Origin: Candidatus Poribacteria bacterium | GTDB taxonomy: Bacteria > Poribacteria > WGA-4E > WGA-3G | Direction of reading: 5' to 3' | NCBI GenBank assembly: GCA_965198235.1 | Contig: OZ240248.1 | Location: 4,160,001-4,224,000 of the forward strand | DNA length: 64,000 bases | Part shown: one piece after another, positions 46,450 to 56,764 of the stretch | Numbering within the stretch: the stretch's first letter is position 1 | Layout: every line of letters starts with the position of its first letter | Position numbers and translations under genes: made by a program | Notes under the pieces: generated by a model | Seen by the model: only the letters and a program-made list of their open reading frames with translations | Told to the model about the DNA's origin: nothing | The model's database searches: none

Positions 46450-49146
46450 ATGAAATTTTGTTTATATCCAGTTCTGTTTGTGGTGCTCATAGGGCTGTTC
46501 TCTGTTTCCGCTGAAACGGACAACAAAGAAGACAAGATCCCAAAAACCAAAAGAAGCCTCTGGCAGCGAATCTTTCCACGCACAGGTGATATGGAAGGCA
46601 CCGCCTACCAGCACGACACCGACACACCATTAGTTGAAGCAGAAGTGCATATCGTTGAAACCGACCAACATCAAAAAACGGGTAAAGATGGAACGTTTCG
46701 GTTTACTGAAATTCCTGTCGGAACATACACGCTCTCCATATCCCATTCCTCCTATAGCAGCCCCACAGAGATCACTATCGAAATTCGCGCAGGCGAGACA
46801 CTCAGCGGAAAATTTTATCTCGGCGCGGAGGTCCCATTTGTCAAAACTACCGACAACGGGGACATAAATGGGCAGGTCTATAGCCAAATGACAGGGAAAC
46901 CCCTCGCTGAGGCAGAGGTGCGATTCGTTGAAATCGACGTGTCAAGAAAAACGGATGCATCTGGAAATTTTCAGTTTACAGGTATCGCGCCCGGCACTTA
47001 TACACTGTTAATTACGCATACAACATACAAAACACCGACGGCTACAAAAATAGAAGTAACGGCAGGTGATACTACGCGGGTGAAAATCTATCTCGGTACA
47101 GCGGTCCAACTCGAAACAGTCGTCGTAGAAGGGCAACGTCTATCCCCGACGATTAGCCGCAAAGAGATTCAAGGTAGCGAGTTGATACGGATTCCTGGTA
47201 CTGGACGTGACGCACTCAAGGGGCTAACGACTTTGCCGAGCATTGGTATTCCCAACGATCTCTTTGGCATCCTCTATATCCGCGGGAGTGCACCGGGGGA
47301 GACGCTCCTCTATCTCGACAGAACTCCGCTCGGCTATCCGTTCCACTTTGGCGGCCTTATTTCAACGATTAACTCAGATAGTATTGAGGACATCCGTATC
47401 TATGCTGGTGGCTACGGTGCTGAATTTGGATTGGATTCACAATCGGTGATTGACATCCGTTCGCGTGAACGCTTGAAAAAGAACTGGGCAGGCGCGATTG
47501 ATCTGAATATTTTATCGCCCTCCGGTTTCGTTGAAGCCAAAATCGGGGACAAGGGTTACGTGTCCGCCGCAGGGCGATTTACCACCCTTAATCTCATTTT
47601 AGGACACTTCTTTGATTCGACGTTTCCGAACTGGTCGAACTATCAACTCAAATTTGCATATCAACTTACGCCACAGCATCACCTAACGCTCAACGGCTTA
47701 GGAGCGACAGATAGCTTTGACTTCTCCGATGCTGGATCAGAAGAGATCGAGGACGCAGTTAATTTTTCTGCCTACTTCAAAAATGGGTTTGACGCGGAAG
47801 GCATTCACCTCCGCTCCCATTTCACTGACAAACTCACATCCTATCTCTCCCTGACGCGTTCCCACAATTTTCTCAATATCAACTTCGGCAACACCTCAAA
47901 CCAAGACGCTCAAACTGAAAATGAAGGATTCATCTACGACCTAAAGATCAACACCCCCGTGTATACCCTTCGCCAGGACGTGTCCTACAAGTTAACATCA
48001 AGACTTCAATTGGAACCTGGATTCCTTCTCGCGTTTAGTCCATCTAAAAGCCATACACATACCTCTTCTCCAGAAAACATAGATTTTGATGAGGAGCCGT
48101 CATGGACACGGAAGCTTGACGAATTTAATTACCCATTTCGGCGCGCCGAGGGGTACCTCCAAGCCCGCTATGATCCGCTCTCATTTTTATCTGTCGCCCT
48201 CGGTGTGCGATTCGACTATCTCAATCTGACAGAGGAACTTTCTATTCAGCCTCGCGGAAGTCTGAGTTTCACACTGCCGACGACTTCTACCCTTCGGCTC
48301 GCCTACGGCAGATATGAACAAAGCCCCTTAGCGTACCAGGTACTAAAGGCGGACGGAAATAGAAATCTAAAACCGAGTCTGACGGAGCATTACATCATGG
48401 AATTAGAACATGAATTGTCTGCACAAACCGAGCTCAAATTCGCTGTTTATTACAAAGACATGCAGAAATTAGTCACGAGATCTGTCAATCTTGACGCGTT
48501 TTTTGATGACTCGGACGATGCGGTTACAACAGGTTATTTCAATCAAGGTGTAGGATTTGTGACGGGTGCGGAGATATTCCTTCGGCACCGCGTTAGCGAA
48601 AAATTTTTTGGATGGGTATCTTATGCCTATACCCACGCCGAGCGGCGCGAGACACCGGACGCTGCCTACACGCCGTTCCTTTTTGATAACACACACATTG
48701 TTAGTATTGTTGCCAACTATAGCCCAACAACAAAAACTGAGATCGGAGCGAAATGGCAATACGCAAGCGGCACTTCAGCTGTCCCTCTAAGCACACTTCT
48801 GATGATTCAAGACCCTGTGACCCTTGGCATGCATCCAGTCCTCTCTGATGTTGCGGGCTCGATTGTCCCAACGGAATTTCCGGCGTATCACCGCTTGGAT
48901 CTCCGCTTTACACGCAAAAGGGAGTGGTGGGGTCTTCCTGTGACGATGTTTACCGAAATCTGGAACATCTACAATAGCAAAAACAAGATAAGGTTCAATT
49001 TCGTCAACAAATTCGTGGAGGAAATCAACGCAGCAGAGATTGAGAATGCGGAAGATTTCCCCTTGGACTTGGATTCGCCCTTTGAATATACGAGTCCTGT
49101 GCGACTCCCTTTTAGTATCAATGTTGGAATCATATATGAATTTTAA
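46450..49146 (+). CDS. TonB-dependent receptor with two N-terminal carboxypeptidase-regulatory-like domains
   Basis: Signal peptide, two repeated G.F.FT.I..GTYTL domains, YIRGS plug, YHRLDLR, terminal YEF. Confidence 0.92.
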   Translation: MKFCLYPVLFVVLIGLFSVSAETDNKEDKIPKTKRSLWQRIFPRTGDMEGTAYQHDTDTPLVEAEVHIVETDQHQKTGKDGTFRFTEIPVGTYTLSISHSSYSSPTEITIEIRAGETLSGKFYLGAEVPFVKTTDNGDINGQVYSQMTGKPLAEAEVRFVEIDVSRKTDASGNFQFTGIAPGTYTLLITHTTYKTPTATKIEVTAGDTTRVKIYLGTAVQLETVVVEGQRLSPTISRKEIQGSELIRIPGTGRDALKGLTTLPSIGIPNDLFGILYIRGSAPGETLLYLDRTPLGYPFHFGGLISTINSDSIEDIRIYAGGYGAEFGLDSQSVIDIRSRERLKKNWAGAIDLNILSPSGFVEAKIGDKGYVSAAGRFTTLNLILGHFFDSTFPNWSNYQLKFAYQLTPQHHLTLNGLGATDSFDFSDAGSEEIEDAVNFSAYFKNGFDAEGIHLRSHFTDKLTSYLSLTRSHNFLNINFGNTSNQDAQTENEGFIYDLKINTPVYTLRQDVSYKLTSRLQLEPGFLLAFSPSKSHTHTSSPENIDFDEEPSWTRKLDEFNYPFRRAEGYLQARYDPLSFLSVALGVRFDYLNLTEELSIQPRGSLSFTLPTTSTLRLAYGRYEQSPLAYQVLKADGNRNLKPSLTEHYIMELEHELSAQTELKFAVYYKDMQKLVTRSVNLDAFFDDSDDAVTTGYFNQGVGFVTGAEIFLRHRVSEKFFGWVSYAYTHAERRETPDAAYTPFLFDNTHIVSIVANYSPTTKTEIGAKWQYASGTSAVPLSTLLMIQDPVTLGMHPVLSDVAGSIVPTEFPAYHRLDLRFTRKREWWGLPVTMFTEIWNIYNSKNKIRFNFVNKFVEEINAAEIENAEDFPLDLDSPFEYTSPVRLPFSINVGIIYEF

Positions 49147-49231
49147 CGCAAGTGCGCCGCTTACTTAAGAGTTGCAATCCACTTCAAAAGATGCTATGAT
49201 GCGGTTATAATATTCAACCGGAGGACAAAAA

Positions 49232-50041
49232 ATGAAAAAACCTGTCTTTCTAATTCTTATCGGTATAGGCGTTGCCCTTCTTGTTGTTGGGGTCGTCTTT
49301 GTCGTCCCATGGTTCGGAAAGATATTAGACGAAATGGAGCAGATAACCGAACAGCATAGGCAACACAGGCGCGCATTAAAAATGTCTGCCCGCGAACCGT
49401 TGACTGAAGAACAGGAAAACCTTTTGTCCCAACTCCTTGAAATCACAGATGAAACACAAGCATCACAAAACCCAAACGATTTAGAAGAGGTCTTGTCAAG
49501 CGAACCCTATCTGACATATTTAAGAGGGCAGGAAGGAGAAGACTCCGAAGATTTTTCGGCGTACGTCAACGCAATGCCGACAGAAAATATGAAAGCTATC
49601 GCCCTCTCCAGAATCAAAGCCACACTCGGAACGGATAAAGGAGATACAGAATTAGACGTATGGACGAACTACTATTTCATCGTCCGAGAGTGGGGAATCA
49701 CGGTTGAAGACCCGCGTGACAACATAAAAGAACTTAATGAACTCCAACAGACCCACCTGATAGCACCGCTAATGGAGATCGATTCAGAGGTATCCGACTT
49801 GCATACCAAAATCGTCCAAATCGGTATGTCCTCCATATTCATGACAGAGGACACCAACGTGTTCAAGGAGTCGTGGCGTGAATGCTTGGAGATACACGGG
49901 GAACAAGAAGGTCTTTTGCGGTGTGCGATTGCCGCTCCCGATGAATTCGCACTCATGCGATCGTTTTTTGCGGATATGGCAGCCTTCCAAGAATGGATAC
50001 TCACACGTCCAGAACCTGAAGAACAAGAATCAGAACAATAG
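49232..50041 (+). CDS. Hypothetical membrane-anchored protein
   Basis: N-terminal TM; SEPYLTYL / HGEQEGLL / FQEWI match 45027 protein. Confidence 0.75.
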   Translation: MKKPVFLILIGIGVALLVVGVVFVVPWFGKILDEMEQITEQHRQHRRALKMSAREPLTEEQENLLSQLLEITDETQASQNPNDLEEVLSSEPYLTYLRGQEGEDSEDFSAYVNAMPTENMKAIALSRIKATLGTDKGDTELDVWTNYYFIVREWGITVEDPRDNIKELNELQQTHLIAPLMEIDSEVSDLHTKIVQIGMSSIFMTEDTNVFKESWRECLEIHGEQEGLLRCAIAAPDEFALMRSFFADMAAFQEWILTRPEPEEQESEQ

Positions 50042-50144
50042 CATCTACGACAACCTGACTATGAAACAACAACCCTTCCCATCGCTGATGGACTTCCTAA
50101 CCCCCACTATCCAAAACCGTCACGTCATAACCCCTACCATCGCT

Positions 50145-50224
50145 GGCGAGGTTTCTTAAGGGAAATCCGCAGAAATCCGCAGAAATACCCAAGCAAAAAC
50201 ACCCCAAACAAAAACACCTCGCCC
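50145..50224. repeat. GGCGAGGT...ACCTCGCC palindrome with reiterated GAAATCCGCA / CCCAAGCAAAAAC insert
   Basis: GGCGAGGTTTCTTAA-GGGAAATCCGCAGAAATCCGCAGAAATACCCAAGCAAAAACACCCCAAACAAAAAC-ACCTCGCC. Confidence 0.85.
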
Positions 50225-50308
50225 CGTAATGCCCAAGTCATTGTAGATTTCCCTATAATTTCAAGCAATTCTGTTATTTCTTAGATGAAAATCCAGATTT
50301 CTCGTTTT

Positions 50309-50353
50309 ATGCACCCTTTTTTGCGCAAGACGGTATCATTAATTATAAAAGGG
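50309..50353 (+). promoter_or_regulatory. Putative ECF sigma promoter, copy 1
   Basis: TGCACC-16-GGTATC..TTAATTATAAAAGGG shared with 53211. Confidence 0.65.
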
Positions 50354-50457
50354 GATCATATACCACTTCACGAAAATTGGTTCTACAAAAACCTGACTCT
50401 CTGGATAGTGAGTGAAAGAGCATCCATATCGTAATATAGAATTATAGGAGAATTCAA

Positions 50458-51870
50458 ATGCTAATGACGTTGATTCAGAAAGAGGTTATGCATCATATCT
50501 TGAGCGTCCGATTCGTCGCGCTTCTTCTGATGTGTCTCTTACTCGTTCCCCTCACACTTTCTATCAATCATCGCAACTATCGCCAAAACCTCGTCGACTA
50601 CCAAGAAGCCATTAAATTGGCGAACATTGAAGAAACGACAGTAAATTTGAAGATGCCATTGGAACCGGATTTGGAGGTTTCCAAGCTCATCCTCAAACCG
50701 ACACCACTGAGCGTGTTTGCAAACGGATTAGCCGACGCACTGCCAAGCTACCTTGGAATAACACGAAATGGCGTTACACAGGGACCACCGGCACTGGTCT
50801 CGGCATCCCTTTCCTATCTCTTAGGACACCTCGACTTTCTATTTCTAGTAGGCACGGTTTTCAGTCTGCTGGCACTTCTGTTTACGTTCGATGCCGTTGC
50901 CGGAGAAAGAGAGGCAGGCACCCTTCGGATTACTTTAGCAAATTCCTTGCCTCGCGATGTCTTTCTTTGGAGTAAGTTGATTGGCGGATACCTCGTGTTC
51001 GTGGTTCCGTTCTTGATTTCGCTTCTATTCGGCTTACTCGTGCTCGTCTGGCAAGGATTTCCCCTCGGGGAACCCGATATTTTTCCACGAGTGCTCACAC
51101 TATCTCTTGTTTCACTACTCTATATTGCGGTGTTTTTTGCGATCGGGACAGTCATTTCCACCTATTTAGATAATTCTAAAACAGCACTTATCGTCGCCTT
51201 CACGGTTTGGGTGTTCGCTGTGCTGATTACACCACGCGTCGGTTTTCTTGCAGCGAAAATCATTGCACCGACACGAACTTCGCAGAGTGTGTATATGGAA
51301 AAGAAAGCCATGCGAGACGATTTCAATGCTGAACTTGAAAAGGAAAAAATGAAAATGATTATGGAGGTCCCCCCAGATGAGCGGGGACGCAGACACATAG
51401 GTGGGGAGATTGCGAAAAAAATTGAAGAACGCATGAAACCCGTGGAAGTGGAGTATCGACTGAAATTCCAGGACCACGCTAACGAACTTGACCGGAACTA
51501 CCAACGTGAAACAGAACGGCAAGAACAGATGGGTGAGACACTTTCCCGAATTTCACCAACCTCTTCGCTCATCTACCTCGCTACAAATTTAACACAGACG
51601 GGAAAGGGGACAAGAAACAACTACTCTCAAGCAGGTAATCGCTATTACGATATGCTCCATACAGATGTGTTTAGTAAAATTATAGATCATGCCACCGCAA
51701 GAATAATCAGACCAGAGGATACTGTCACAATCACGCAACCCCCTCGCGTGGAGATCGCAACCTTAGATGAGACCTTCCGTGAATCGGTGGTGGATGTGCT
51801 ACTCCTCTGTTTCTTTATAGTGGTATTGACAACAGTCGCATTTATGAAATTCTTCCGTTCCGATATTTGA
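50458..51870 (+). CDS. ABC transporter permease subunit
   Basis: FTFDAVAGEREAGTLRITLANS.PR...KLIG. Confidence 0.88.
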   Translation: MLMTLIQKEVMHHILSVRFVALLLMCLLLVPLTLSINHRNYRQNLVDYQEAIKLANIEETTVNLKMPLEPDLEVSKLILKPTPLSVFANGLADALPSYLGITRNGVTQGPPALVSASLSYLLGHLDFLFLVGTVFSLLALLFTFDAVAGEREAGTLRITLANSLPRDVFLWSKLIGGYLVFVVPFLISLLFGLLVLVWQGFPLGEPDIFPRVLTLSLVSLLYIAVFFAIGTVISTYLDNSKTALIVAFTVWVFAVLITPRVGFLAAKIIAPTRTSQSVYMEKKAMRDDFNAELEKEKMKMIMEVPPDERGRRHIGGEIAKKIEERMKPVEVEYRLKFQDHANELDRNYQRETERQEQMGETLSRISPTSSLIYLATNLTQTGKGTRNNYSQAGNRYYDMLHTDVFSKIIDHATARIIRPEDTVTITQPPRVEIATLDETFRESVVDVLLLCFFIVVLTTVAFMKFFRSDI

Positions 51871-51987
51871 TGTCAGTGATAGCCGAATTGCCGGCAACAT
51901 TTGAAACGCGTTATTTGAATACAGACGCATATTGTCAAAGGTTAAACTTCAAACACGAGGCAACATAACGCCTCTGGAGGACGAAAA

Positions 51988-53040
51988 ATGAAAAGCATTT
52001 TTCACGGGAAAAAAGCTTTCGTAAGGCTTACACTCTTCGTAACTTTAGGACTCGCCGTTTTTTGGGGTGTCTTTACCTATTTATCCGCACACAGTCATGA
52101 AATTGGATCATCGAATATGCAGTTACGTGAACACACTGAATTCGACTCAAAAGCACCGCCCGGTTATAAAAAGTATACCGGTCCCCAAAACGCGCAGGAA
52201 TTGATGAAAGCGTTAGATGCGGATTATAATAAGAGCCTGGCAAAGACCAGAGTGAGTGTATCAGGTAAATTCACTGCAAAAACCACGAGAGCTGGTAAGG
52301 TCACAGGTCCAAAAACCACGACTTATAGTAGCGACCTCACAATCAGTCAGATAGATGCAAGGTATCCACGGGCGGAATGGCTTCAGTTGCTTTTGGATAA
52401 AGGCATCACTATAGATGATTCCCTCGAGTATGCGTCCTTGCTGTCAAAGCGTTACACTTTGGCACTCTTGGAAGACAATCCAGATTTGCAGCAGTGGGGG
52501 TTTCTGGGTATTCCACCAACGGATGATTGGGAAACTTATAAAGTCGCTTACATCAATAAGTTGGTAAACGATCACACCAAGATCCAAGAAGCTGCAGAAC
52601 AGATTGAACGCGGTAAGAAAGCAGTTGAACGTGCGAAAGCGCAGATTGAACAGAGTAAAGAGAACGTTAAACTCGCCATCGAACGCAGTAAAGAAGCAGG
52701 CGAACGTGCCAAAGTTCAACTCGAACGCGGCACAGAGCGACTCGAACGTGTGAAAGCACAGATTGAGCAGAGTAAAAAGCACGCCAAACTTGCCATTGAA
52801 CGCAGTAAGGAAGCGGTTAAACGTGCCGAGACTCAGATTCAACACAGCAAAGAGCAGATTGAACGCGCCATAGCTCAACTCGAGCGTAGCATGGAACAGC
52901 TCAAAGGTGCTCAGAAAGAGTTGAATTTACAACAACTCGGACACATCAAGAAGCAGATTGAGGGCATACAGGAGACTTTAACCGCACCCAAAAAACCGAC
53001 TCCTCCACAGGAACCGATTCTTCCTCGGGTGTCAAACTAA
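51988..53040 (+). CDS. Hypothetical membrane-anchored protein with repetitive coiled coil
   Basis: N-terminal TM; repeated (A/Q)IE(R/Q)SK units. Confidence 0.8.
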   Translation: MKSIFHGKKAFVRLTLFVTLGLAVFWGVFTYLSAHSHEIGSSNMQLREHTEFDSKAPPGYKKYTGPQNAQELMKALDADYNKSLAKTRVSVSGKFTAKTTRAGKVTGPKTTTYSSDLTISQIDARYPRAEWLQLLLDKGITIDDSLEYASLLSKRYTLALLEDNPDLQQWGFLGIPPTDDWETYKVAYINKLVNDHTKIQEAAEQIERGKKAVERAKAQIEQSKENVKLAIERSKEAGERAKVQLERGTERLERVKAQIEQSKKHAKLAIERSKEAVKRAETQIQHSKEQIERAIAQLERSMEQLKGAQKELNLQQLGHIKKQIEGIQETLTAPKKPTPPQEPILPRVSN

Positions 53041-53061
53041 AATATTTTGTTCCGTCGATAG

Positions 53062-53142
53062 CGCGAGGCTTACGCACCGCACGCTTCCCTGGTGCGCTGT
53101 TTAAGTGAACAGTAGAGGCACAGTCTTAGCGTAAGTCTCGCT
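53062..53142. repeat. Family D-like inverted repeat
   Basis: GCGAGGCTTACGC...GCGTAAGTCTCGC. Confidence 0.55.
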
Positions 53143-53210
53143 TAAAACGCCTTAAGAGATTTCGCCGTTTTTCAGGTAAAAATTCGTTTGTTCGCATTTT
53201 TTCTGGGACC

Positions 53211-53255
53211 ATGCACCCTTTCTGCCTAAAAATGGTATCTTTAATTATAAAAGGG
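53211..53255 (+). promoter_or_regulatory. Putative ECF sigma promoter, copy 2 (autoregulatory)
   Basis: TGCACC-16-GGTATC..TTAATTATAAAAGGG. Confidence 0.65.
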
Positions 53256-53524
53256 TAAAACTATGTCCCGAATTTAAGAGTTGCTGCCCACTATCGTGTT
53301 TGGTATACTCTTTTTAGAAAACGAAAGGCAGTTTTACATAGATAAAACCTCAGTCTATCGGTAACCTTCACGATGCGTCAGATAGAGTACGCGGAACTGC
53401 TACAAATTCTTCTCGTTGATGGCTGATGGTTAACATTCGACTGCTAATATCTGGCTGTGTGTCTGTTTAAACTCGGTGGAACATAATCGTAACCCAATCT
53501 ATTTCTTAATCACGGAGTACTCCA

Positions 53525-56512
53525 ATGGAAACAAAAGACGATGTTCAACTGATTCATAGGATATTGTCCGGCGACGACGCGGCATTCAATGCCTTAGTCC
53601 GAAAGCACCAAAAGGGTATTCACGCCCTTGCATGGCGGAAGGTTGGTGATTTCCACATCGCTGAAGAGATTGTACAAGACACTTTCCTTCAGGTCTACAA
53701 GAACCTCGCGCAGCTCAAGAATCCGAATCAGTTTTCCGGATGGATGTATGTCATCGCCAGTCGACTCTGCCTTAAATGGCTTCAAAAGAACAAGAACACA
53801 TCTGTGATGCAATCGTTGGAGGACACACCTGTGGAAGAAATTGAAGAATCCTCTTACACACATTACGTATCGGAACAACGACTGACAGAAAGGACTGAGC
53901 GTCGTCACGAACTCGTCAAAAAACTTTTGGCAAAGCTACCGGAGAGTGAGCGTACAGTGGTAACACTCCACTTTCTCGGAGAAATGACAGCAAAGGAAAT
54001 TGGAAAATTCTTAGGTGTGTCGGTGAACACGATTAAGAGTCGACTTCGCCGCGGGCGGAAACGTTTACAGGAACAACGAGAGGAACTCCTGGTGAGCGAA
54101 ACACTCGGGAGCATCCCATTCCCTGCCCACGTGACCGAGCGTATCATGGAACAAGTGGCTAACATGAAACCGATACCTGCGCCGGTTGGAAAGCCATTGA
54201 TACCGTGGATGGCTTTCGGGACAGCTGTGGTTTTCGTTATTTTGATGCTCGGCGTGAGTAATCAGTATCTTGCCAGATTTCAGAAGCCGTATAGTTTCGA
54301 GGCGGAATCTGAACCCACAATTGAAATTGTCGATACTCCTATCGTCCTTGACATTGTATCAAAGCCATCGATACGCAATCAGTTTGGACGGGCTGCCACC
54401 CCGGGTAAAAGCAGCAGTGCAGGTATTCAGGTCTCTGAAGCAGTTTTGAGATCCAGTGCGCTGGAGGATTCTCTTAAGCTTGGGACTTCCTCGCAGTGGA
54501 CGCAGGGAAACGCGCCGCCAGGGGGACGTGTACAGGATATGTTCGCTACATCTGAAGGAACTGTCTATGCTGTTGCACCAACAGGAATGTACAGATTAGC
54601 GGCAGACGCAACCGTATGGACGCGCGTCAACGCAAGCGTTCCTATTGGCAACTCTCGAATGCCGATGGCAGAGCATAATGGAAGCCTTTATATCGCCTCT
54701 GTGGATGAAATATTCACTTCAGTTGATCGCGGTGAGTCATGGCACACGTTGGGTCTCCGACCAAATGGACACACAGTTGGACTCATCATTACAGACGCAC
54801 CCCAAGATGCCGATTCACAAGCAGATCTCACGATGTATCTTGCGCTTAGAGATGAAGGCATTTTCCGATCCACAGACGGCGGAACACAATGGCATCCGCT
54901 TAACGATGGATTGACAGGCGAAATAATTTCCGTAGTCGCTGCTGTTGGAGAAACGATATTTATAGGTACAGGGCGCGGTCTCTATCGTCTCGATTCAGAT
55001 GTTTGGAAAAAGTTGCCGGTGGAAACATCAAGAGCCATCTATTCTTTGACAGTATCCGGGAATAACCTCTATGTTGGAACCGGTCCCGATTTATTGGGAT
55101 TAACGTCAATAAAAACAGGACAAGTGGTGCCAAAAGTTGAGTCGCATGTACTCAAGATTTTCCATTCAGCTGACCTGGGAGCGTCGTGGACTGAAATAAC
55201 ACCAAGCTATAAATCTGATGACCAAGTGATACCATCTGGCATAACAGTTTTGGCTGCCGGTAAGACGCTCTTCGCGTCAAGTGTCAAGCACCAATATCGT
55301 TCAACAGATGGTGGACAAACCTGGACAAAACTGCCAGGAGACACAAATATGATCATGATCAACAGTCTTCCAGCCGTGGCGGCGAACGAGAGGACATTTT
55401 ACAGAACGGGTCCATACGGCATTTTTCGGACAACGGACGGTGGTAAGTCGTGGGGTCTATTTGTAGATGGGATGGCAGGCACACGCCTAAAGGATGTGGT
55501 TGTCCTCAACAACAGATTATACGCGCATACAGGCTATGAGGTTTATCAATCAACCGATGAAGGTGTGTCTTGGAAAAAACTTGTGATTGACGGGAGCTTT
55601 TCGGTGGAGTCTACTGAGTTTGAATGGTCAGAAAAAGATAAGAACAAGGCTCGCGTCTATATCTTTTTTTATTCAAAACTGATAGTGGATGGCAACCGTC
55701 TTTATTTTCTTACACGTCAAGACAACAAATTGAAAATTTTCCGCTTATCTACAGATGGCAATACGCTCAGTCTCGTTCAAGGCATACCTACCTTCGATGA
55801 TAAAGCATTATCTCCCGAATTGTGGATAAGTGGCACGGTGGTGAAGACAACACACGCAGCCGACAGCTCCAAAAAAGACGATGAGTCAATCACTACATCT
55901 TTTGTTCCTGGAGGTGTGGCAGTCAAAACGGTTGCAGTCAGTAGTGATGTGTTCTACGTGGAATACAAACGCGGTCTTTTCAAATGGAGACTTGGAGATC
56001 CAGAGTGGATAAATACTGGATTGATAGATACGAGTGACATGTTCGATGGTGATTCCAGAAAGGGACTCAAGATAGCGGTTTCGGGAGAAACCGTCTATGT
56101 AGGTAAGCGAGATGGTAAATTGTTTCAGTCACTTGATGGAGGGAACAGTTGGAGAGACATCACACCAAACCTGCCTCTTCGCTTTACCCACTTCAAAGAG
56201 ATAGCCTTTGCAGCAATGACCGTCTATGTGTCAACAGATGCAGGAGTCTTGAGTTCACAAACCGGCGAACATTGGAATGTGCTAACCAATAGCATGAGGG
56301 CACACACTATTATAGACAGATTTGCAGTGGAGGGCACACAGGTTTATGGTATCGGCGATGCAGGAATCTATCATTTGGACGCTGGTAGTCAATGGAAACA
56401 GGTTGCTTCAGATGTGCCAGATGAAATCAATGCTCTCGCCATCGCTAACAATAAACTCTATAGTGCTACTGAAGATCGTGGGATATTGCACATCTCGCTT
56501 GAAGAGGAATAG
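53525..56512 (+). CDS. ECF sigma-70 factor fused via a TM helix to a BNR/beta-propeller domain
   Basis: Region 2 (AEEIVQDTFL...FSGWMY), region 4 (EIGKFLGVSVNTIKSRL), TM, repeated S.DGG..W. Confidence 0.93.
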   Translation: METKDDVQLIHRILSGDDAAFNALVRKHQKGIHALAWRKVGDFHIAEEIVQDTFLQVYKNLAQLKNPNQFSGWMYVIASRLCLKWLQKNKNTSVMQSLEDTPVEEIEESSYTHYVSEQRLTERTERRHELVKKLLAKLPESERTVVTLHFLGEMTAKEIGKFLGVSVNTIKSRLRRGRKRLQEQREELLVSETLGSIPFPAHVTERIMEQVANMKPIPAPVGKPLIPWMAFGTAVVFVILMLGVSNQYLARFQKPYSFEAESEPTIEIVDTPIVLDIVSKPSIRNQFGRAATPGKSSSAGIQVSEAVLRSSALEDSLKLGTSSQWTQGNAPPGGRVQDMFATSEGTVYAVAPTGMYRLAADATVWTRVNASVPIGNSRMPMAEHNGSLYIASVDEIFTSVDRGESWHTLGLRPNGHTVGLIITDAPQDADSQADLTMYLALRDEGIFRSTDGGTQWHPLNDGLTGEIISVVAAVGETIFIGTGRGLYRLDSDVWKKLPVETSRAIYSLTVSGNNLYVGTGPDLLGLTSIKTGQVVPKVESHVLKIFHSADLGASWTEITPSYKSDDQVIPSGITVLAAGKTLFASSVKHQYRSTDGGQTWTKLPGDTNMIMINSLPAVAANERTFYRTGPYGIFRTTDGGKSWGLFVDGMAGTRLKDVVVLNNRLYAHTGYEVYQSTDEGVSWKKLVIDGSFSVESTEFEWSEKDKNKARVYIFFYSKLIVDGNRLYFLTRQDNKLKIFRLSTDGNTLSLVQGIPTFDDKALSPELWISGTVVKTTHAADSSKKDDESITTSFVPGGVAVKTVAVSSDVFYVEYKRGLFKWRLGDPEWINTGLIDTSDMFDGDSRKGLKIAVSGETVYVGKRDGKLFQSLDGGNSWRDITPNLPLRFTHFKEIAFAAMTVYVSTDAGVLSSQTGEHWNVLTNSMRAHTIIDRFAVEGTQVYGIGDAGIYHLDAGSQWKQVASDVPDEINALAIANNKLYSATEDRGILHISLEEE

Positions 56513-56764
56513 TAGTGTCCCGAGGAGAACAATACCTTTTTCCAAGCATATTTGGAAAGTGCACCTACTGGCTACACATGTCCAGTTCCTGAAGAGAAGA
56601 CTCAGAACAATAAAACCTACTACACAACCGGCACCGGACGAGTCCTGAAAAACTCACTTGGTGCCAGTTCTTTTGCAGGACACAATTTGTCCCGATAATT
56701 TTAAGTGATTTTTTCCAAAACCTTCGGATTAAACCCCGTAGATTATTTTTATTCGAGAGAAAAA

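Noticed and set aside
56513-56700. Open frame continuing after the sigma gene stops (readthrough or precursor peptide)
   Set aside because: Two consecutive TAG codons, no start or RBS, no recognisable motif
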